Shown: positions 20,460 through 31,286, counted from the first letter of the stretch. The stretch: 64,000 nt of DNA from an uncultured Rikenella sp. (GCA_964621005.1 CAZUIF010000010.1:43368-107367), one strand, 5' to 3'. The notes: generated by a model from the sequence alone, not told the origin. Translations and numbers: made by a program.

Positions 20460-21680
20460 TCAGTTACCGGGAGCGATCAGCATGCCGTCGCCGTAGCTCA
20501 GGAACCGGTACCCTGAACATAGGGCATGGCTGTAGAGATCTTTCCAGGATTCACCTGTGAATGCGGCTACCAGGAGCAGCAGGGTGCTGTGGGGCTGGTG
20601 GAAATTTGTGAGCATCCTGTTTACTATCCTGAACCTGTACCCCGGGACAATAATTATGTCCGTGCGGGCCTCCAGCGTATCGAGGCCTCTCTTTTCAAGT
20701 GCGTCAAGAATGTTATCGATTGCCGCTGAAGGGTCAATGACTGCCTCCCTCTCATAAGGCTCCCACTGGGAAACAGTTGGAATTCCATGTTCGGGCCATC
20801 TTCCCTCGGAAAGGCTCAATCCGAGCCAGTAGAGGCTTTCAAGCGTCCTGACAGTGGTAGTGCCCACCGCGGTCGTTTTCCTGCCTCTAAGACGCTCCAG
20901 GGTCTGTTTTGAGACAAAAAAGTGCTCGCTGTGCATCTGGTGATCAGAGATCAGTTCAGATTTGACAGGTCTGAATGTGCCGGCGCTGACATGAAGGGTA
21001 ACCTCCGCCCGTTCGATGCCTGCGCTGTCTAGTGCACCGAGCACGGCCGGGGTGAAATGGAGTCCGGCGGTAGGAGCAGCAACAGAGCCGTTTATACGGG
21101 CATAGGTGGTCTGGTAGGTTGATATGTCGCTCTCCTCGTCATCCCTGTTGAGATAGGGGGGTATTGGCATATGACCGAGACACTCGAGGACTTCTGCAAA
21201 AGAGAGAGTGTTCTCATCCCATGTGAACCTGACTGTGAAGGCATCACCTGCTGTCCCTGTACGCTCTGCACTGAGGATGTGCTCTTTGCCGTCATGAATG
21301 AACCGTGATTCCAGTATGCCGCTTTTCCAGCGCTTGAGGTTGCCTACCAGGCATTTCCATCCGACCCGGCCACCGGAGGCCAGGTTCATGGAAAAATCCG
21401 CCGGATCATGTGGTTCAAGACAGAATATCTCAATTGTGGCACCGCTCTCCTTCCTGAAGAGGAGCCGGGCGCGGATGACCCTTGTGTTGTTGAATACAAG
21501 GAGGCTGTCGCGGTCGGCAAGCATTGGAAATTCACTGAAGATCCTGTCGCTGATGCTGTTGCCATCCCAAACGAGCAGCTTCGACCGGTCCCTTTCAGGA
21601 AGAGGGTATTTTGCAATCCGCTCCTGGGGAAGGTCGTAAGTGTAATCGGCAATCCTTATGTTTCCGAAAGTCTTTTTCAT
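20460..21680 (-). CDS. queA: S-adenosylmethionine:tRNA ribosyltransferase-isomerase
   Basis: LVFNNTRVIRAR, MPIPPY, YQTTYA, AAPTAGLHF, VGTTTVRTLES, TNFHQP, FLSYGD; start placed at MKKTF. Confidence 0.95.
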   Translation of the reverse strand: MKKTFGNIRIADYTYDLPQERIAKYPLPERDRSKLLVWDGNSISDRIFSEFPMLADRDSLLVFNNTRVIRARLLFRKESGATIEIFCLEPHDPADFSMNLASGGRVGWKCLVGNLKRWKSGILESRFIHDGKEHILSAERTGTAGDAFTVRFTWDENTLSFAEVLECLGHMPIPPYLNRDDEESDISTYQTTYARINGSVAAPTAGLHFTPAVLGALDSAGIERAEVTLHVSAGTFRPVKSELISDHQMHSEHFFVSKQTLERLRGRKTTAVGTTTVRTLESLYWLGLSLSEGRWPEHGIPTVSQWEPYEREAVIDPSAAIDNILDALEKRGLDTLEARTDIIIVPGYRFRIVNRMLTNFHQPHSTLLLLVAAFTGESWKDLYSHALCSGYRFLSYGDGMLIAPGN

Positions 21681-21747
21681 ATTATCCGGGGGGACACGGG
21701 AATTTTTTCCCGGAGCCCGCAGGTTTTGCACTGCTTTTACGGTCGGG

Positions 21748-21765
21748 CAAAAATAGCTAAATTTG
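21748..21765. promoter_or_regulatory. Back-to-back -7 elements for queA (minus) and smr-sad (plus)
   Basis: TATTTTTG on minus at 21748-21755; TAAATTTG on plus at 21758-21765. Confidence 0.6.
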
Positions 21766-21782
21766 AGATGAGTTGAAAAGCC

Positions 21783-22130
21783 ATGAAAGTGAGCCGCAGC
21801 AGAAGGAATACTCCGCGAGGCCGGCCGGCCGGGGTATCGGGAGCAGCCAGGGAGGTTGATCTTCACCTGCCCTCCGGCCATGCAGGTCAGGAGGCGCTTG
21901 AAAGGCAGCTTGCACGTGTCAGGGGAGAGCTGAACAGCGCCATCAGGGCAGGAGAGAAGGAGATAATATTCATCCACGGTGCAGGAAGCGGCAGACTGAG
22001 GGAAGCACTACGTGACCTCGTTGCGCATGAGTATCCTTCATGCATTTGCCATGATGCCTCATTTCCCAGGTATGGTTACAACGGAGCCACGGCAGTGACA
22101 ATAAAAAAGCATCAGATATGGCATACATAA
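21783..22130 (+). CDS. Stand-alone Smr domain protein
   Basis: EVDLH, IIFIHGAGSGRLR, DAS...YGYNGAT. Confidence 0.8.
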   Translation: MKVSRSRRNTPRGRPAGVSGAAREVDLHLPSGHAGQEALERQLARVRGELNSAIRAGEKEIIFIHGAGSGRLREALRDLVAHEYPSCICHDASFPRYGYNGATAVTIKKHQIWHT

Positions 22131-23488
22131 GTTTTGATCCGTGGCAGCAGAAAGAGATTGCCGTTTTCCCGGAAATGTCTGATGATATCCCGGATGGGAT
22201 CACTGACAGGGCATGGAGTGCATTCACGAAATGGCGGGCGCTGTCACCCGCTGAGCGGTGCCGGCCTGTTTCAGCAATGGCTGAGATCATTCAGCAACGG
22301 AGGGGGGAAATCGCAAACCTGATGGCCTCCGAGATGGGAAAACCGGTCACCCAGGGACTGGCGGAGGCCGGCAAGTGTGCACTGCTCTGCCGGTGGTACG
22401 CCGAAAATGCCCCACAGCTGCTTGAGCCGGAGAGACGGCCCTCGTCGGCACAGGCCAGCTTTGTTGTACATGAGCCGCAGGGAATTATTCTCGGTATCAT
22501 GCCCTGGAACTTCCCGTTCTGGCAGGTGTTCAGGTTCATCGTTCCCGCATTTGCAGGGGGCAACGCTGCACTGCTCAAGCATGCCTCATCAGTTCCCCGC
22601 TGTGCGCTGGAAATTGAAGACATAGTAAAGCGGGCAGGATTCCCCGAAGGACTCTTCCGTACGATCTATCCATCTCACGCCCAGGTTGAAAGGCTGATTG
22701 CCGACAGCCGGATCAGGGGTGTGTCACTCACAGGGAGCACGGAGGCAGGAAAGAGAATTGCCTCGGCGGCCGGCGCAAACCTGAAAAAGATGGTGATGGA
22801 ATTGGGCGGAAGCGATCCGTTCATCGTGTTCCCCGATGCCGATCTCGATGCGGCCGTGAAAGCCGCAGTCTTTTCCCGCTTTCAGAACGGCGGGCAGAGC
22901 TGCATAGCTGCAAAGAGGATAATCGTGCATAACGATGTTTACAGTGTGTTCAGGGATAAATTCGTTTCCGCGGCAAAAGCCCTTTGCACGGGCGATCCGC
23001 TCGACCCGCTGACCGATGTTGGTCCGATGGTTACCGTGGCAGCAGCAGACGAGCTTGAGAGGCAGCTCACGGAGACACTCAGGGCAGGGGCAAAGCTACT
23101 TTGCGGCGGCAGGGCGGGAACGGAGCGTCCTGCTCTTTTCATCCCCGCAGTAATTGAAGACGTGCCACCTGACTCACCCCTCGCCTGCGAGGAGACTTTT
23201 GGCCCTGCCGCACCGCTGCTTAGGTTCAGTGACGCCGATGAAGCTGTCAGCCTGGCCAACAATACTCCTTACGGACTGGGAGCCACTGTATGGAGCGCTG
23301 ATGAACACCTGGCAATGAAAATGGCACGTGCAACTGACACAGGAACAGTGGCAATAAACGGGTTTGTGAAGTCGGAACCGGGATTGCCGTTCGGAGGGGT
23401 GAAGGAGTCAGGTTACGGCCGCGAGCTGGCGGCAGAAGGATTATTCGAGTTTCTTAATACAAAGACAATCAGCGTCTTTAAGCCTTAA
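22118..23488 (+). CDS. NAD(P)-dependent succinate-semialdehyde dehydrogenase-type aldehyde dehydrogenase
   Basis: IMPWNFPFWQ, LKHASSVP, LTGSTEAG, MELGGSDP, GQSCIAAKR, EETFGP, PFGGVKESGYGRE. Confidence 0.9.
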   Translation: MAYISFDPWQQKEIAVFPEMSDDIPDGITDRAWSAFTKWRALSPAERCRPVSAMAEIIQQRRGEIANLMASEMGKPVTQGLAEAGKCALLCRWYAENAPQLLEPERRPSSAQASFVVHEPQGIILGIMPWNFPFWQVFRFIVPAFAGGNAALLKHASSVPRCALEIEDIVKRAGFPEGLFRTIYPSHAQVERLIADSRIRGVSLTGSTEAGKRIASAAGANLKKMVMELGGSDPFIVFPDADLDAAVKAAVFSRFQNGGQSCIAAKRIIVHNDVYSVFRDKFVSAAKALCTGDPLDPLTDVGPMVTVAAADELERQLTETLRAGAKLLCGGRAGTERPALFIPAVIEDVPPDSPLACEETFGPAAPLLRFSDADEAVSLANNTPYGLGATVWSADEHLAMKMARATDTGTVAINGFVKSEPGLPFGGVKESGYGRELAAEGLFEFLNTKTISVFKP

Positions 23489-23539
23489 TCGCTGCCGCGG
23501 GGGGAAAAGGCACCTTTCCCTGTAAATCCCGAAAAGTGA

Positions 23540-23896
23540 CTATTCGTACTGGTCGGCTGTCTCTGTCTTGCCGTAGGTGTAGTACGGCACTTCGGTATCA
23601 CCGTCAAGCTGCCTGTACCAGGCCGGGGTGACAACAGTGCCGTCAGGCCTGAGCAGGGTACGCTCGTAGATTGCATAAACAGGATTGAAGACAATGTCTG
23701 TCACGCCGACGGTGTAGAGAGACTCCGCTGTCTCATCAGCCTTTGCCTCCTCCCTGACCTTAACCTCGAGTTTGTTGAATTCCAGCAGCTGCCTCAGGAA
23801 TTCCATCCGGGCTTTTGTGACATTGCTCTCGATAATTGTGCACCTGGTGCCGTCTATCTCGCCGATTATGTGCTTTGCCGTAGTTAGTGATGTCAT
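23540..23896 (-). CDS. Hypothetical soluble protein directly after nuoN
   Basis: 118 aa, 13 bp gap after the nuoN stop, same strand. Confidence 0.7.
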   Translation of the reverse strand: MTSLTTAKHIIGEIDGTRCTIIESNVTKARMEFLRQLLEFNKLEVKVREEAKADETAESLYTVGVTDIVFNPVYAIYERTLLRPDGTVVTPAWYRQLDGDTEVPYYTYGKTETADQYE

Positions 23897-23909
23897 GACT
23901 GCGCCTTTA

Positions 23910-25331
23910 TCAGATTCCGTAGCTTAAGTTTCTTATCATCTCGAACAGACCGCTGGCAAAACCGGTCACAACTATACCTGCAATACAGATTGCCAGCCCG
24001 AGCTTCTGCATGAAGTCGCTCCTGAAAGATGCGATGGGGGCATCACTCCTGTTGATGAACATCGCCTTGACAACGAGCAGGTAGTAGTAAAGTGCTATGA
24101 TCGTGTTAAGCACTGCTATGGTCACAAGGACATAGAAACCTTTCTCCGCCGCAGCAACAAAGAGGAAGAACTTTCCGAAGAAGCCAGCCACCGGGGGAAT
24201 TCCCGCCAGCGAGAACATCGCAAGCATCATGGTGATGCTCAGGCCCGGATTCGTCCGGTAAAGACCGTCATAGTCATCCATGCTCTCCTTGCCTGTCTTT
24301 TCGGCAATTACCGATACCACACCGAAGGCAGCCAGGTTGGAGAATATGTAAATAAGTGCATAATAGATCACGGTTGTCATACCGAGCCTGTTCCCCCCGA
24401 CAAAACCGAGAAGGAAGAAACCGGCCTGTGCAATTGATGAGAAGGCAAGGAATCTCTTCATGTTTTTCTGTCTGAGGGCGAAGAGGTTACCTATTGTTAT
24501 CGTCATTACTGCTATAACCCAGATCACCTTCTCCCATGTCACCGAGATTACCGGGAACACCCTGAAGAGGATGATGATGAAAATGAATGCTGCAGCACCC
24601 TTGCTGACCACAGAAAGATATGATGTAACGTTGACGGGCGCACCTTCGTAAACGTCTGCCGTCCAAAGATGGAACGGTACCAGTGACATCTTGAATCCCA
24701 TTCCTGCAAAGAAGAAGATGAAGCCCAGGATCACCAGTGGCACTGAAGTGAGTTTTGTTGCCACTTCGGCAAAGTAGAGTGAGCCTGTCACCCCGTAGAT
24801 CATCGAAAGGCCGAAAAGGAGTATTCCGGAGGAGAGCGTGGAGGAGAGGATCAGCTTGATCCCTGCCTCTGCAGACCTGTTCTGGTACCTGTCATAGGCT
24901 GCCAGTGCTGCCAGTGGTATTGTTGCAAGCTCGATGCCCAGGTAGAACATCAGGAAATGTCCGGATGAGATCATGAAATTCATCCCTATCAGGGTGGAAA
25001 TAAGGAGCATGAAATACTCATGTATCCTGTCCCTGTTCTCCGGCCTGCCCAGCCATGTATATGACTGAATGAGGACAATCAGCGTGCCGATGTTAAGGAT
25101 GTTCTTCATCAGGGTGGTGGTGCCGCTGGCCTGGTACATGCCGCCGAAAAGCGAACCTGTGGCTGCCGGAAGGAATCCGACTGCAGTCACTATGGCGAAC
25201 AGTACCACGGCTATCCCCTTGATCTTTTCCCTGTTTCGCTCACCGGTAAAAACCTCAGCCACAAGGATGAAGATGAAGGCCAGGATCAGAACCAGCTCAT
25301 GGCGCATTATAACAAAGCTTTCGAGATTCAT
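23910..25331 (-). CDS. nuoN: Complex I subunit N
   Basis: GFKMSLVPFHLWTADVYEGAP, KRFLAFSSIAQAG, LAGIPPVAGFFGK. Confidence 0.95.
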   Translation of the reverse strand: MNLESFVIMRHELVLILAFIFILVAEVFTGERNREKIKGIAVVLFAIVTAVGFLPAATGSLFGGMYQASGTTTLMKNILNIGTLIVLIQSYTWLGRPENRDRIHEYFMLLISTLIGMNFMISSGHFLMFYLGIELATIPLAALAAYDRYQNRSAEAGIKLILSSTLSSGILLFGLSMIYGVTGSLYFAEVATKLTSVPLVILGFIFFFAGMGFKMSLVPFHLWTADVYEGAPVNVTSYLSVVSKGAAAFIFIIILFRVFPVISVTWEKVIWVIAVMTITIGNLFALRQKNMKRFLAFSSIAQAGFFLLGFVGGNRLGMTTVIYYALIYIFSNLAAFGVVSVIAEKTGKESMDDYDGLYRTNPGLSITMMLAMFSLAGIPPVAGFFGKFFLFVAAAEKGFYVLVTIAVLNTIIALYYYLLVVKAMFINRSDAPIASFRSDFMQKLGLAICIAGIVVTGFASGLFEMIRNLSYGI

Positions 25332-25368
25332 TTTTGCAGGTTTAAGAATATTCCTGTATATGTTTGTT

Positions 25369-26859
25369 TTACAATATTTTGTCGATTATTGGCATCAGGC
25401 TTTCCCGGATTATGTTGGAAAGGCCAAGCGGGGCCATCCCGATGTATACTATACCGGTTATAAGCGTCACCAGTGACAGTTTTTCATACCATTTGGCGTC
25501 GCCGAGGCCCGTGAAGTGGTTGTCCCTGATGGGTCCGAGAAGGAGAATGGCAACCACCCTGAGGATGTAGACTGCAGTTATTACAATTGATGATACTGCA
25601 ATTATTGTGGCCACCCTGTGGAATGTATCGGGGTGTTCAAATGCACCGAAGAAGATATTCATCTCGGCAACGAATCCGCTGAGACCCGGAAGGCCGAGTG
25701 ATGCAAGACCGGCAATCACATAAGCCACGCCAAGAAATGGGATGACCTTCATCAGGCCGCCCATCTCGTTGATCATCCTGGTGTGGGTTCTTCCGTATAT
25801 CATACCGATAAGGGCAAAGAAGAGTGCCGTCATCAGCCCGTGTGAGATCATCTGTATCACAGCCCCGGTCATCGCTGTCTTGTTCATCATCAGGACCGCA
25901 AAGAGCACCATCCCGCAGTGGCTCACCGAGGAATAGGCGTTGATGTATTTGAGGTCCTTCTGGACTATCGCGCCAAAGGCGCCGTAAACAACACTGATTG
26001 TGGTAAGTATTATGAATATCCAGGCCATCTCCGATGCTGCCTCGGGCATCAGGAACATTGCAACCCTGAATGCACCGTAGCCTCCGAGTTTCATCAGCAC
26101 GCCGGCGTGAAGCATCGATACGGCTGTGGGAGCGGAGGAGTGACCGTCAGGCGACCAGGTATGGAGCGGGAAAAGAGCACCCAGAACACCGAATCCAACG
26201 AAGGTGAAGGGGAAGAACCACCTCTGTGCCTCTATGGGAATTGTGATCTTCGATATCTCCATTATGTTGAAGGTAAGTTCGCCGCCGTCGGGTGCGGAAT
26301 TGAAATATATCCCGAAGAGGCCTACCATCAGAAGGGCAGAGCCGCCCATAAGCATCAGGGTCAGCTTCATGGCGGAATACTCCTTCGGGCCGCTGCCCCA
26401 GATACCGATAAGAATGTACATCGGGATCACAGCCACCTCGTAGAAGAGGAACATGGTGAACAGGTCAAGGGAGATAAAGAATCCGAAGACACCGGTGGCA
26501 AGAAGGATAAGCGAGATGAAGAACTCCTTTTTGAGGTCTTCCATCTCCCAGGAGGCAAACACCCCTGCAAATACAACCAGCGATGTAAGGGCGATCATGG
26601 CAACTGAAATACCGTCCACACCCACCGTATAGTAGATGTTAAGGCTCCTGAACCATTCGAAACTGCTCATCATCACCATCTCATCGGTGTTCCCGCTCTT
26701 GCGGAGATTTACGTACATGAACACGATGATGAATGCGACAATAAGCTGTATGCCCATGCCTATTGCGGAAACAATCTTTGTCTGACGTGCATCCTTCACA
26801 AGCAGAATGCCGGTGATTGTCAGCAGCGGAATTATTACCAGCCAGGTTAGAATATTCAT
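25369..26859 (-). CDS. nuoM: Complex I subunit M
   Basis: GVDGIS, FYEVAVIPMY, PLHTWSPDGH, MLHAGVLMKLGGYG, PGLSGFVAE. Confidence 0.95.
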   Translation of the reverse strand: MNILTWLVIIPLLTITGILLVKDARQTKIVSAIGMGIQLIVAFIIVFMYVNLRKSGNTDEMVMMSSFEWFRSLNIYYTVGVDGISVAMIALTSLVVFAGVFASWEMEDLKKEFFISLILLATGVFGFFISLDLFTMFLFYEVAVIPMYILIGIWGSGPKEYSAMKLTLMLMGGSALLMVGLFGIYFNSAPDGGELTFNIMEISKITIPIEAQRWFFPFTFVGFGVLGALFPLHTWSPDGHSSAPTAVSMLHAGVLMKLGGYGAFRVAMFLMPEAASEMAWIFIILTTISVVYGAFGAIVQKDLKYINAYSSVSHCGMVLFAVLMMNKTAMTGAVIQMISHGLMTALFFALIGMIYGRTHTRMINEMGGLMKVIPFLGVAYVIAGLASLGLPGLSGFVAEMNIFFGAFEHPDTFHRVATIIAVSSIVITAVYILRVVAILLLGPIRDNHFTGLGDAKWYEKLSLVTLITGIVYIGMAPLGLSNIIRESLMPIIDKIL

Positions 26860-26889
26860 AGTATCTGTTGTGTTTCTTCTTTGTTGTTA

Positions 26890-28812
26890 CTACTTAACCA
26901 GGTAAATAAAGACAATGGCCAGTGCAATCACCCCTGTGACGAATACGTAACCGTACTTCTGGAGCTGGCCTGATTGCAGTCCCTTTATCATCGAGGAAAC
27001 TGACTGCGTCACGTATGCAATGCCGTTCATGGTTCCGTCGACGATATGCCTGTCAAACCATGCAACCGGCTGCGATATATGCCTGAAGATGATTTTCTTA
27101 GTGACGAAGATGTATACCTCGTCTATATAGAATTTGTTATATGCCCAACGGTACCCGTATCTGAAGAATGAAGCCATCCGGTCAGGAAGGGCTGTCTCTT
27201 TCCTGTACATCACCCATGCCAGGCCGATGCCCAGAAGACCGATAGCCACTGAAGGGATTGCCACACTCCAATCGATGTGTGATTCGAAGGGGGCGCCGTC
27301 AGAGGTCACCAGCCTGCTGAAGGGGAGGAATCCTGCGAAGACGGATCCGAAGGCAAGAATAATCAAAGGCACGGTCATGGTAGCCGGCGATTCGTGCGGT
27401 GTGTGGTGGTAGTGTCTGTCGTGGCCGTGGAATACCGAGAAGTAAAGCCTGAACATATAGAATGCCGTCAGTCCGGCCACGGCGTATTCTATGGCGAACA
27501 GCAGCTTGTTGTGGTGCAGTGCGGCAGTGAGTATCTCGTCCTTGCTGAAGAAGCCGGAGAGAGGCGGTACACCTGCAATAGTGAGGCATGCAATCAGGAA
27601 TGTGATGTTTGTGACAGGCATGTAGCGCCTGAGTCCGCCCATATCCTTCATGTCATTGCTGTGGACGGCATGTATTACAGAACCGGCTCCGAGGAAGAGA
27701 AGGGCCTTGAACATCGCATGGTTGAAGAGATGCCAGTTTGAGGCCATGAAACCGAGGCCGTCATGGCCGCCGTAACCCGATACACCCAGGCTGAAGATCA
27801 TGTAACCTATCTGTGATATCGTGGAGTAGGCGAGTACCCTCTTGATGTCAGTCTGGGTCAGGGCAATTATTGCTGCAAAGAGAGATGAAATTGCGCCTAC
27901 CCAGGCAATTATATGCAGGGCTTCAGGTGCAGTGAAATAGTATACCGGGAACATCCTGGCAACGAGGTAAACGCCGGCCACAACCATCGTTGCGGCATGG
28001 ATGAGGGCCGATACGGGTGTCGGACCTTCCATTGCATCCGGAAGCCATATGTGGAGCGGGAACATAGCCGACTTGCCGGCACCGCCCATAAATATGAAGA
28101 TCATTGACCATGTCATGAGCGACATCCCCATGAATACCGCCCCTCCCTTGCTGGCTACAGCCGGGCCGTTGATGTCGGTAAGGGTCACGAAATCAAATGT
28201 TTTTGTCGTAAATGACAGCAGAAGTATCCCCACGAGGAATCCCATATCGGCGAACCTTGTGACGATAAAGGCCTTTTTGGAGGCTGCCACGGCGCTGGGC
28301 CTGTCATAATAGAAGCCGATGAGAAGGTATGATGAAACCCCCACAAGCTCCCAGAAAATGTACATCTGGAAGATGTTGGTAGCCACTACGAGTCCCATCA
28401 TCGAGAAGGTGAACAGCGAGAGGAAGGCATAATAGCGTTCAAACCCCTTTTCGCCCTTCATGTAGCCGAGGCTGTAGATGTGAACCATCAGAGACACGGT
28501 GCTGATCACCACCAGCATCATTACCGAAATTGGATCAAGCAGCACCCCCATGTCAATGTGCAGGTGGTCTGAAAGATTCAGCCACACCGAGTTGGCGGCC
28601 ACTATCTTCTGAAAGCTTCCGTCAGCAATTCCTCCTCCCGTGAAATAGGCTATCGCCGTGAACCAGGAGAGGAAAGTCACCACACCGAGGGAAACAGTGC
28701 CGGTAATGCCGGCAGGCATTCCTTTCAGCCGCATACCGAAGAAACTCAGTAGGAGGAATGTGATGAAAGGAATTATGAGTATCCAGGTCGTATATCCGAA
28801 ATCAGTCATCAT
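26890..28812 (-). CDS. nuoL: Complex I subunit L
   Basis: WELVGVSSYLLIGF, GKSAMFPLHIWLPDAMEGPTPVSALIHAATMV. Confidence 0.96.
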   Translation of the reverse strand: MMTDFGYTTWILIIPFITFLLLSFFGMRLKGMPAGITGTVSLGVVTFLSWFTAIAYFTGGGIADGSFQKIVAANSVWLNLSDHLHIDMGVLLDPISVMMLVVISTVSLMVHIYSLGYMKGEKGFERYYAFLSLFTFSMMGLVVATNIFQMYIFWELVGVSSYLLIGFYYDRPSAVAASKKAFIVTRFADMGFLVGILLLSFTTKTFDFVTLTDINGPAVASKGGAVFMGMSLMTWSMIFIFMGGAGKSAMFPLHIWLPDAMEGPTPVSALIHAATMVVAGVYLVARMFPVYYFTAPEALHIIAWVGAISSLFAAIIALTQTDIKRVLAYSTISQIGYMIFSLGVSGYGGHDGLGFMASNWHLFNHAMFKALLFLGAGSVIHAVHSNDMKDMGGLRRYMPVTNITFLIACLTIAGVPPLSGFFSKDEILTAALHHNKLLFAIEYAVAGLTAFYMFRLYFSVFHGHDRHYHHTPHESPATMTVPLIILAFGSVFAGFLPFSRLVTSDGAPFESHIDWSVAIPSVAIGLLGIGLAWVMYRKETALPDRMASFFRYGYRWAYNKFYIDEVYIFVTKKIIFRHISQPVAWFDRHIVDGTMNGIAYVTQSVSSMIKGLQSGQLQKYGYVFVTGVIALAIVFIYLVK

Positions 28813-28825
28813 CTCTATGCTGTTA

Positions 28826-29143
28826 TCAGTATTTCATTTGGTTTACATCCTCAACATTTATGGTAGTAAACCTCCTGTAAATGTTGATGATAATGGCTAT
28901 TGCCACAGCTGCCTCGGCAGCGGCGACGGCAATTACGAAAAGGCTGAAGAAGTGGCCTTCAAGCTTTCCCGGGAAGAGATACCTGTTGAAAGCCATGAAG
29001 TTGATATTTACAGAGTTGAGTATCAGCTCAACCGACATCAGCATTGTAATCAGGTTCCTCCTGGTGAGGAAACCGTAAACTCCGGTGAAGAACATTACCG
29101 TGGCCAGGACGAGGTAAAACTCAAGTGGTATTCCTGAATTCAT
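28826..29143 (-). CDS. nuoK: Complex I subunit K
   Basis: SVELILNSVNIN, AAAEAAVAIA. Confidence 0.93.
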   Translation of the reverse strand: MNSGIPLEFYLVLATVMFFTGVYGFLTRRNLITMLMSVELILNSVNINFMAFNRYLFPGKLEGHFFSLFVIAVAAAEAAVAIAIIINIYRRFTTINVEDVNQMKY

Positions 29144-29158
29144 AGTCTTTATCGTATA

Positions 29159-29689
29159 TTATTTCGCGGGTTCATCTTTGTGTGGGCTGCCCTTCTTGGC
29201 AATCACTATAGCCCCGATCATTGCGGCTACGAGCAGTACCGAGATCACCTCGAAGGGGAGGACATAACCGTCGGGACCTGTTTCGAGGAGGCTGCGGCCG
29301 ATGACATGCATGTCAATCTCTGCCGCTGCAACCGTGTCTGCTGAGAATGAGTGATTGAGTATCGTTGTCATAACGACAACTGCCCCGGCCACTGCTGCCA
29401 GCGCCGAGAATATAGCCTTTTTGGTTTCTATCCTTTCAAACTTATGGCTTATCTGGCTTGTAAGCAGGATGGAGAAGATTATCAGCACCACTATACCGCC
29501 GGCATACAGTGTTATCTGAACTGCGGCCATGAATTGATAATTAAGCAGGAAGTACAGCCCTGCCGTGGCGATGAGCACCATCAGCAGTGATACGGCAGCG
29601 CGCAGGATCCTGCGGCTTGTCACCGTCAGGACGGAAAAGACCACAATTGCAATCGCAAAAATTGCGAACATTATCTGTTTTGCTTCCAT
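29159..29689 (-). CDS. nuoJ: Complex I subunit J
   Basis: QITLYAGGIVVL, PFEVISVLL. Confidence 0.92.
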   Translation of the reverse strand: MEAKQIMFAIFAIAIVVFSVLTVTSRRILRAAVSLLMVLIATAGLYFLLNYQFMAAVQITLYAGGIVVLIIFSILLTSQISHKFERIETKKAIFSALAAVAGAVVVMTTILNHSFSADTVAAAEIDMHVIGRSLLETGPDGYVLPFEVISVLLVAAMIGAIVIAKKGSPHKDEPAK

Positions 29690-30168
29690 TATTCCACTCC
29701 TTTTATGATTTTGGAACCGGGCTGATTCAGCACCTTTGTAAGTTTCCTGCGGTCAAAGACTGCATGCTCGAACTCCTGTCCGAATGCCAGGGCCTGCGAG
29801 GGGCAGGTCTTGACACAGAGGCCGCAGAAGGTGCACATTCCCAGGTGGTAGATGTGCTTGTCGATGATCCTCTGCTTCTTTCCCTCCTCGTTGACGATGG
29901 TTGCGGAAATGATCTCTATCGAGCCGTTGGGGCAGTTGATCTCGCATATGCCGCATCCGGTACACTTATGTTCATTCTTCTCGTTGTGAGGCATGATCAC
30001 CTCACCCTTGAACATGTCAAACATCTTCAGGTCCTTGCGGTTATCAGGATATTGCTGTGTGACCGTCGTGCCTGGCTTGATGAAGTACTTCCCCGTAACG
30101 CCCAGTCCCTGAAGCAGTGACCTGAGCCCGTTGAATATACCTCTGAAATATTCTGTGAAACTGTTCAT
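29689..30168 (-). CDS. nuoI: Complex I subunit I (2x[4Fe-4S])
   Basis: TQQYP; CTGCGICEINCP and CTFCGLCVKTCP. Confidence 0.93.
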   Translation of the reverse strand: MNSFTEYFRGIFNGLRSLLQGLGVTGKYFIKPGTTVTQQYPDNRKDLKMFDMFKGEVIMPHNEKNEHKCTGCGICEINCPNGSIEIISATIVNEEGKKQRIIDKHIYHLGMCTFCGLCVKTCPSQALAFGQEFEHAVFDRRKLTKVLNQPGSKIIKGVE

Positions 30169-30197
30169 TGTCTGTCTGTCACTGATTTTTTGTCCGC

Positions 30198-31286
30198 TTA
30201 CCAGTGCAGTCCCGTAAGTACCAGGAATGCCATAAGAAGGAGGTTAAATATGTTAATCGGAAGAAGGTATTTCCATTCAAGCGTGAGAAGCTGGTCAATC
30301 CTGAGCCTCGGGAAGGTCCATTTCAGCCACATCATGAGGAAGACGACGCCGAAGGTCTTGGCAATGAACCAGACAAACGGAGGAATGAAGTCCATCACCG
30401 CGTTGAATCCGTCCCAGCCGTATACATGGAACGGCATCCAGCCTCCGAAGAAGACCGTGGCAGCTATCGCGGCAACGATGAACATATTCATGTACTCAGC
30501 CAGGAAGAAGAATGCAAACTTGATCCCGGAGTACTCGGTATGGTATCCTGCCGTGAGCTCGGATTCGGCTTCTGCCAGGTCAAAGGGACCCCTGTTTGTT
30601 TCTGCGGTTCCCGCGATGATATAGATTACAAATGCGATCACAGCCGGGATATGTCCCTTGAAGATGAACCATCCCCATCTCTGTCCTTCAATGATTTCCG
30701 AGAGCTGCATCGTTCCTGCAAGCACCACCATGGTAACCAGTGCGAGGCCCACCGACAGCTCGTAGCTGACGATCTGTGCGCCGCTCCTCATTGCACCGAT
30801 GAGCGAGTACTTGTTGTTGCTGGCCCATCCCGCGAGGAGAACACCGATGACACCCATTGACGAGATTGCCATCAGGTAAAAGATGCCTATGTTAAGGTCT
30901 ATTGCCTGAAGCCCCTTTGCAAAGGGGATGGCCCCGATGGCCATGAATGATGCGATGATCACGATGAACGGGGCTACGTTGAACAGCACCCTGTCAGCGT
31001 TCTTTATCGGCACAAGCTCGACAAACAGGAGCTTGACGAGGTCGGCAATAGTCTGGAAGACACCGCCTGGGCCGACCCTGTTGGGTCCAAGACGGTTCTG
31101 CATCAGCGCACAAACCTTCCTCTCTGCGTAGACCAGGAAGAGTCCGACGAGGGCATAGAATATCAGGATGGCTATCCCGATAAGAATCATCTCGACCGCT
31201 ACAGCCCAGCCGGGTGACATTGCTGCCCTAAGGCTGCTGTCAATCCATGCGGTGAATGATGAAAAGTCGTATAAACTGAACTTCAT
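30198..31286 (-). CDS. nuoH: Complex I subunit H
   Basis: AERKV...[33 protein letters not shown]. Confidence 0.96.
   Translation of the reverse strand: MKFSLYDFSSFTAWIDSSLRAAMSPGWAVAVEMILIGIAILIFYALVGLFLVYAERKVCALMQNRLGPNRVGPGGVFQTIADLVKLLFVELVPIKNADRVLFNVAPFIVIIASFMAIGAIPFAKGLQAIDLNIGIFYLMAISSMGVIGVLLAGWASNNKYSLIGAMRSGAQIVSYELSVGLALVTMVVLAGTMQLSEIIEGQRWGWFIFKGHIPAVIAFVIYIIAGTAETNRGPFDLAEAESELTAGYHTEYSGIKFAFFFLAEYMNMFIVAAIAATVFFGGWMPFHVYGWDGFNAVMDFIPPFVWFIAKTFGVVFLMMWLKWTFPRLRIDQLLTLEWKYLLPINIFNLLLMAFLVLTGLHW

Noticed and set aside
21681-21977. Extra 99 N-terminal codons of the queA ORF
   Set aside because: Overlap the divergent smr gene and promoters; the better start is MKKTF at 21680
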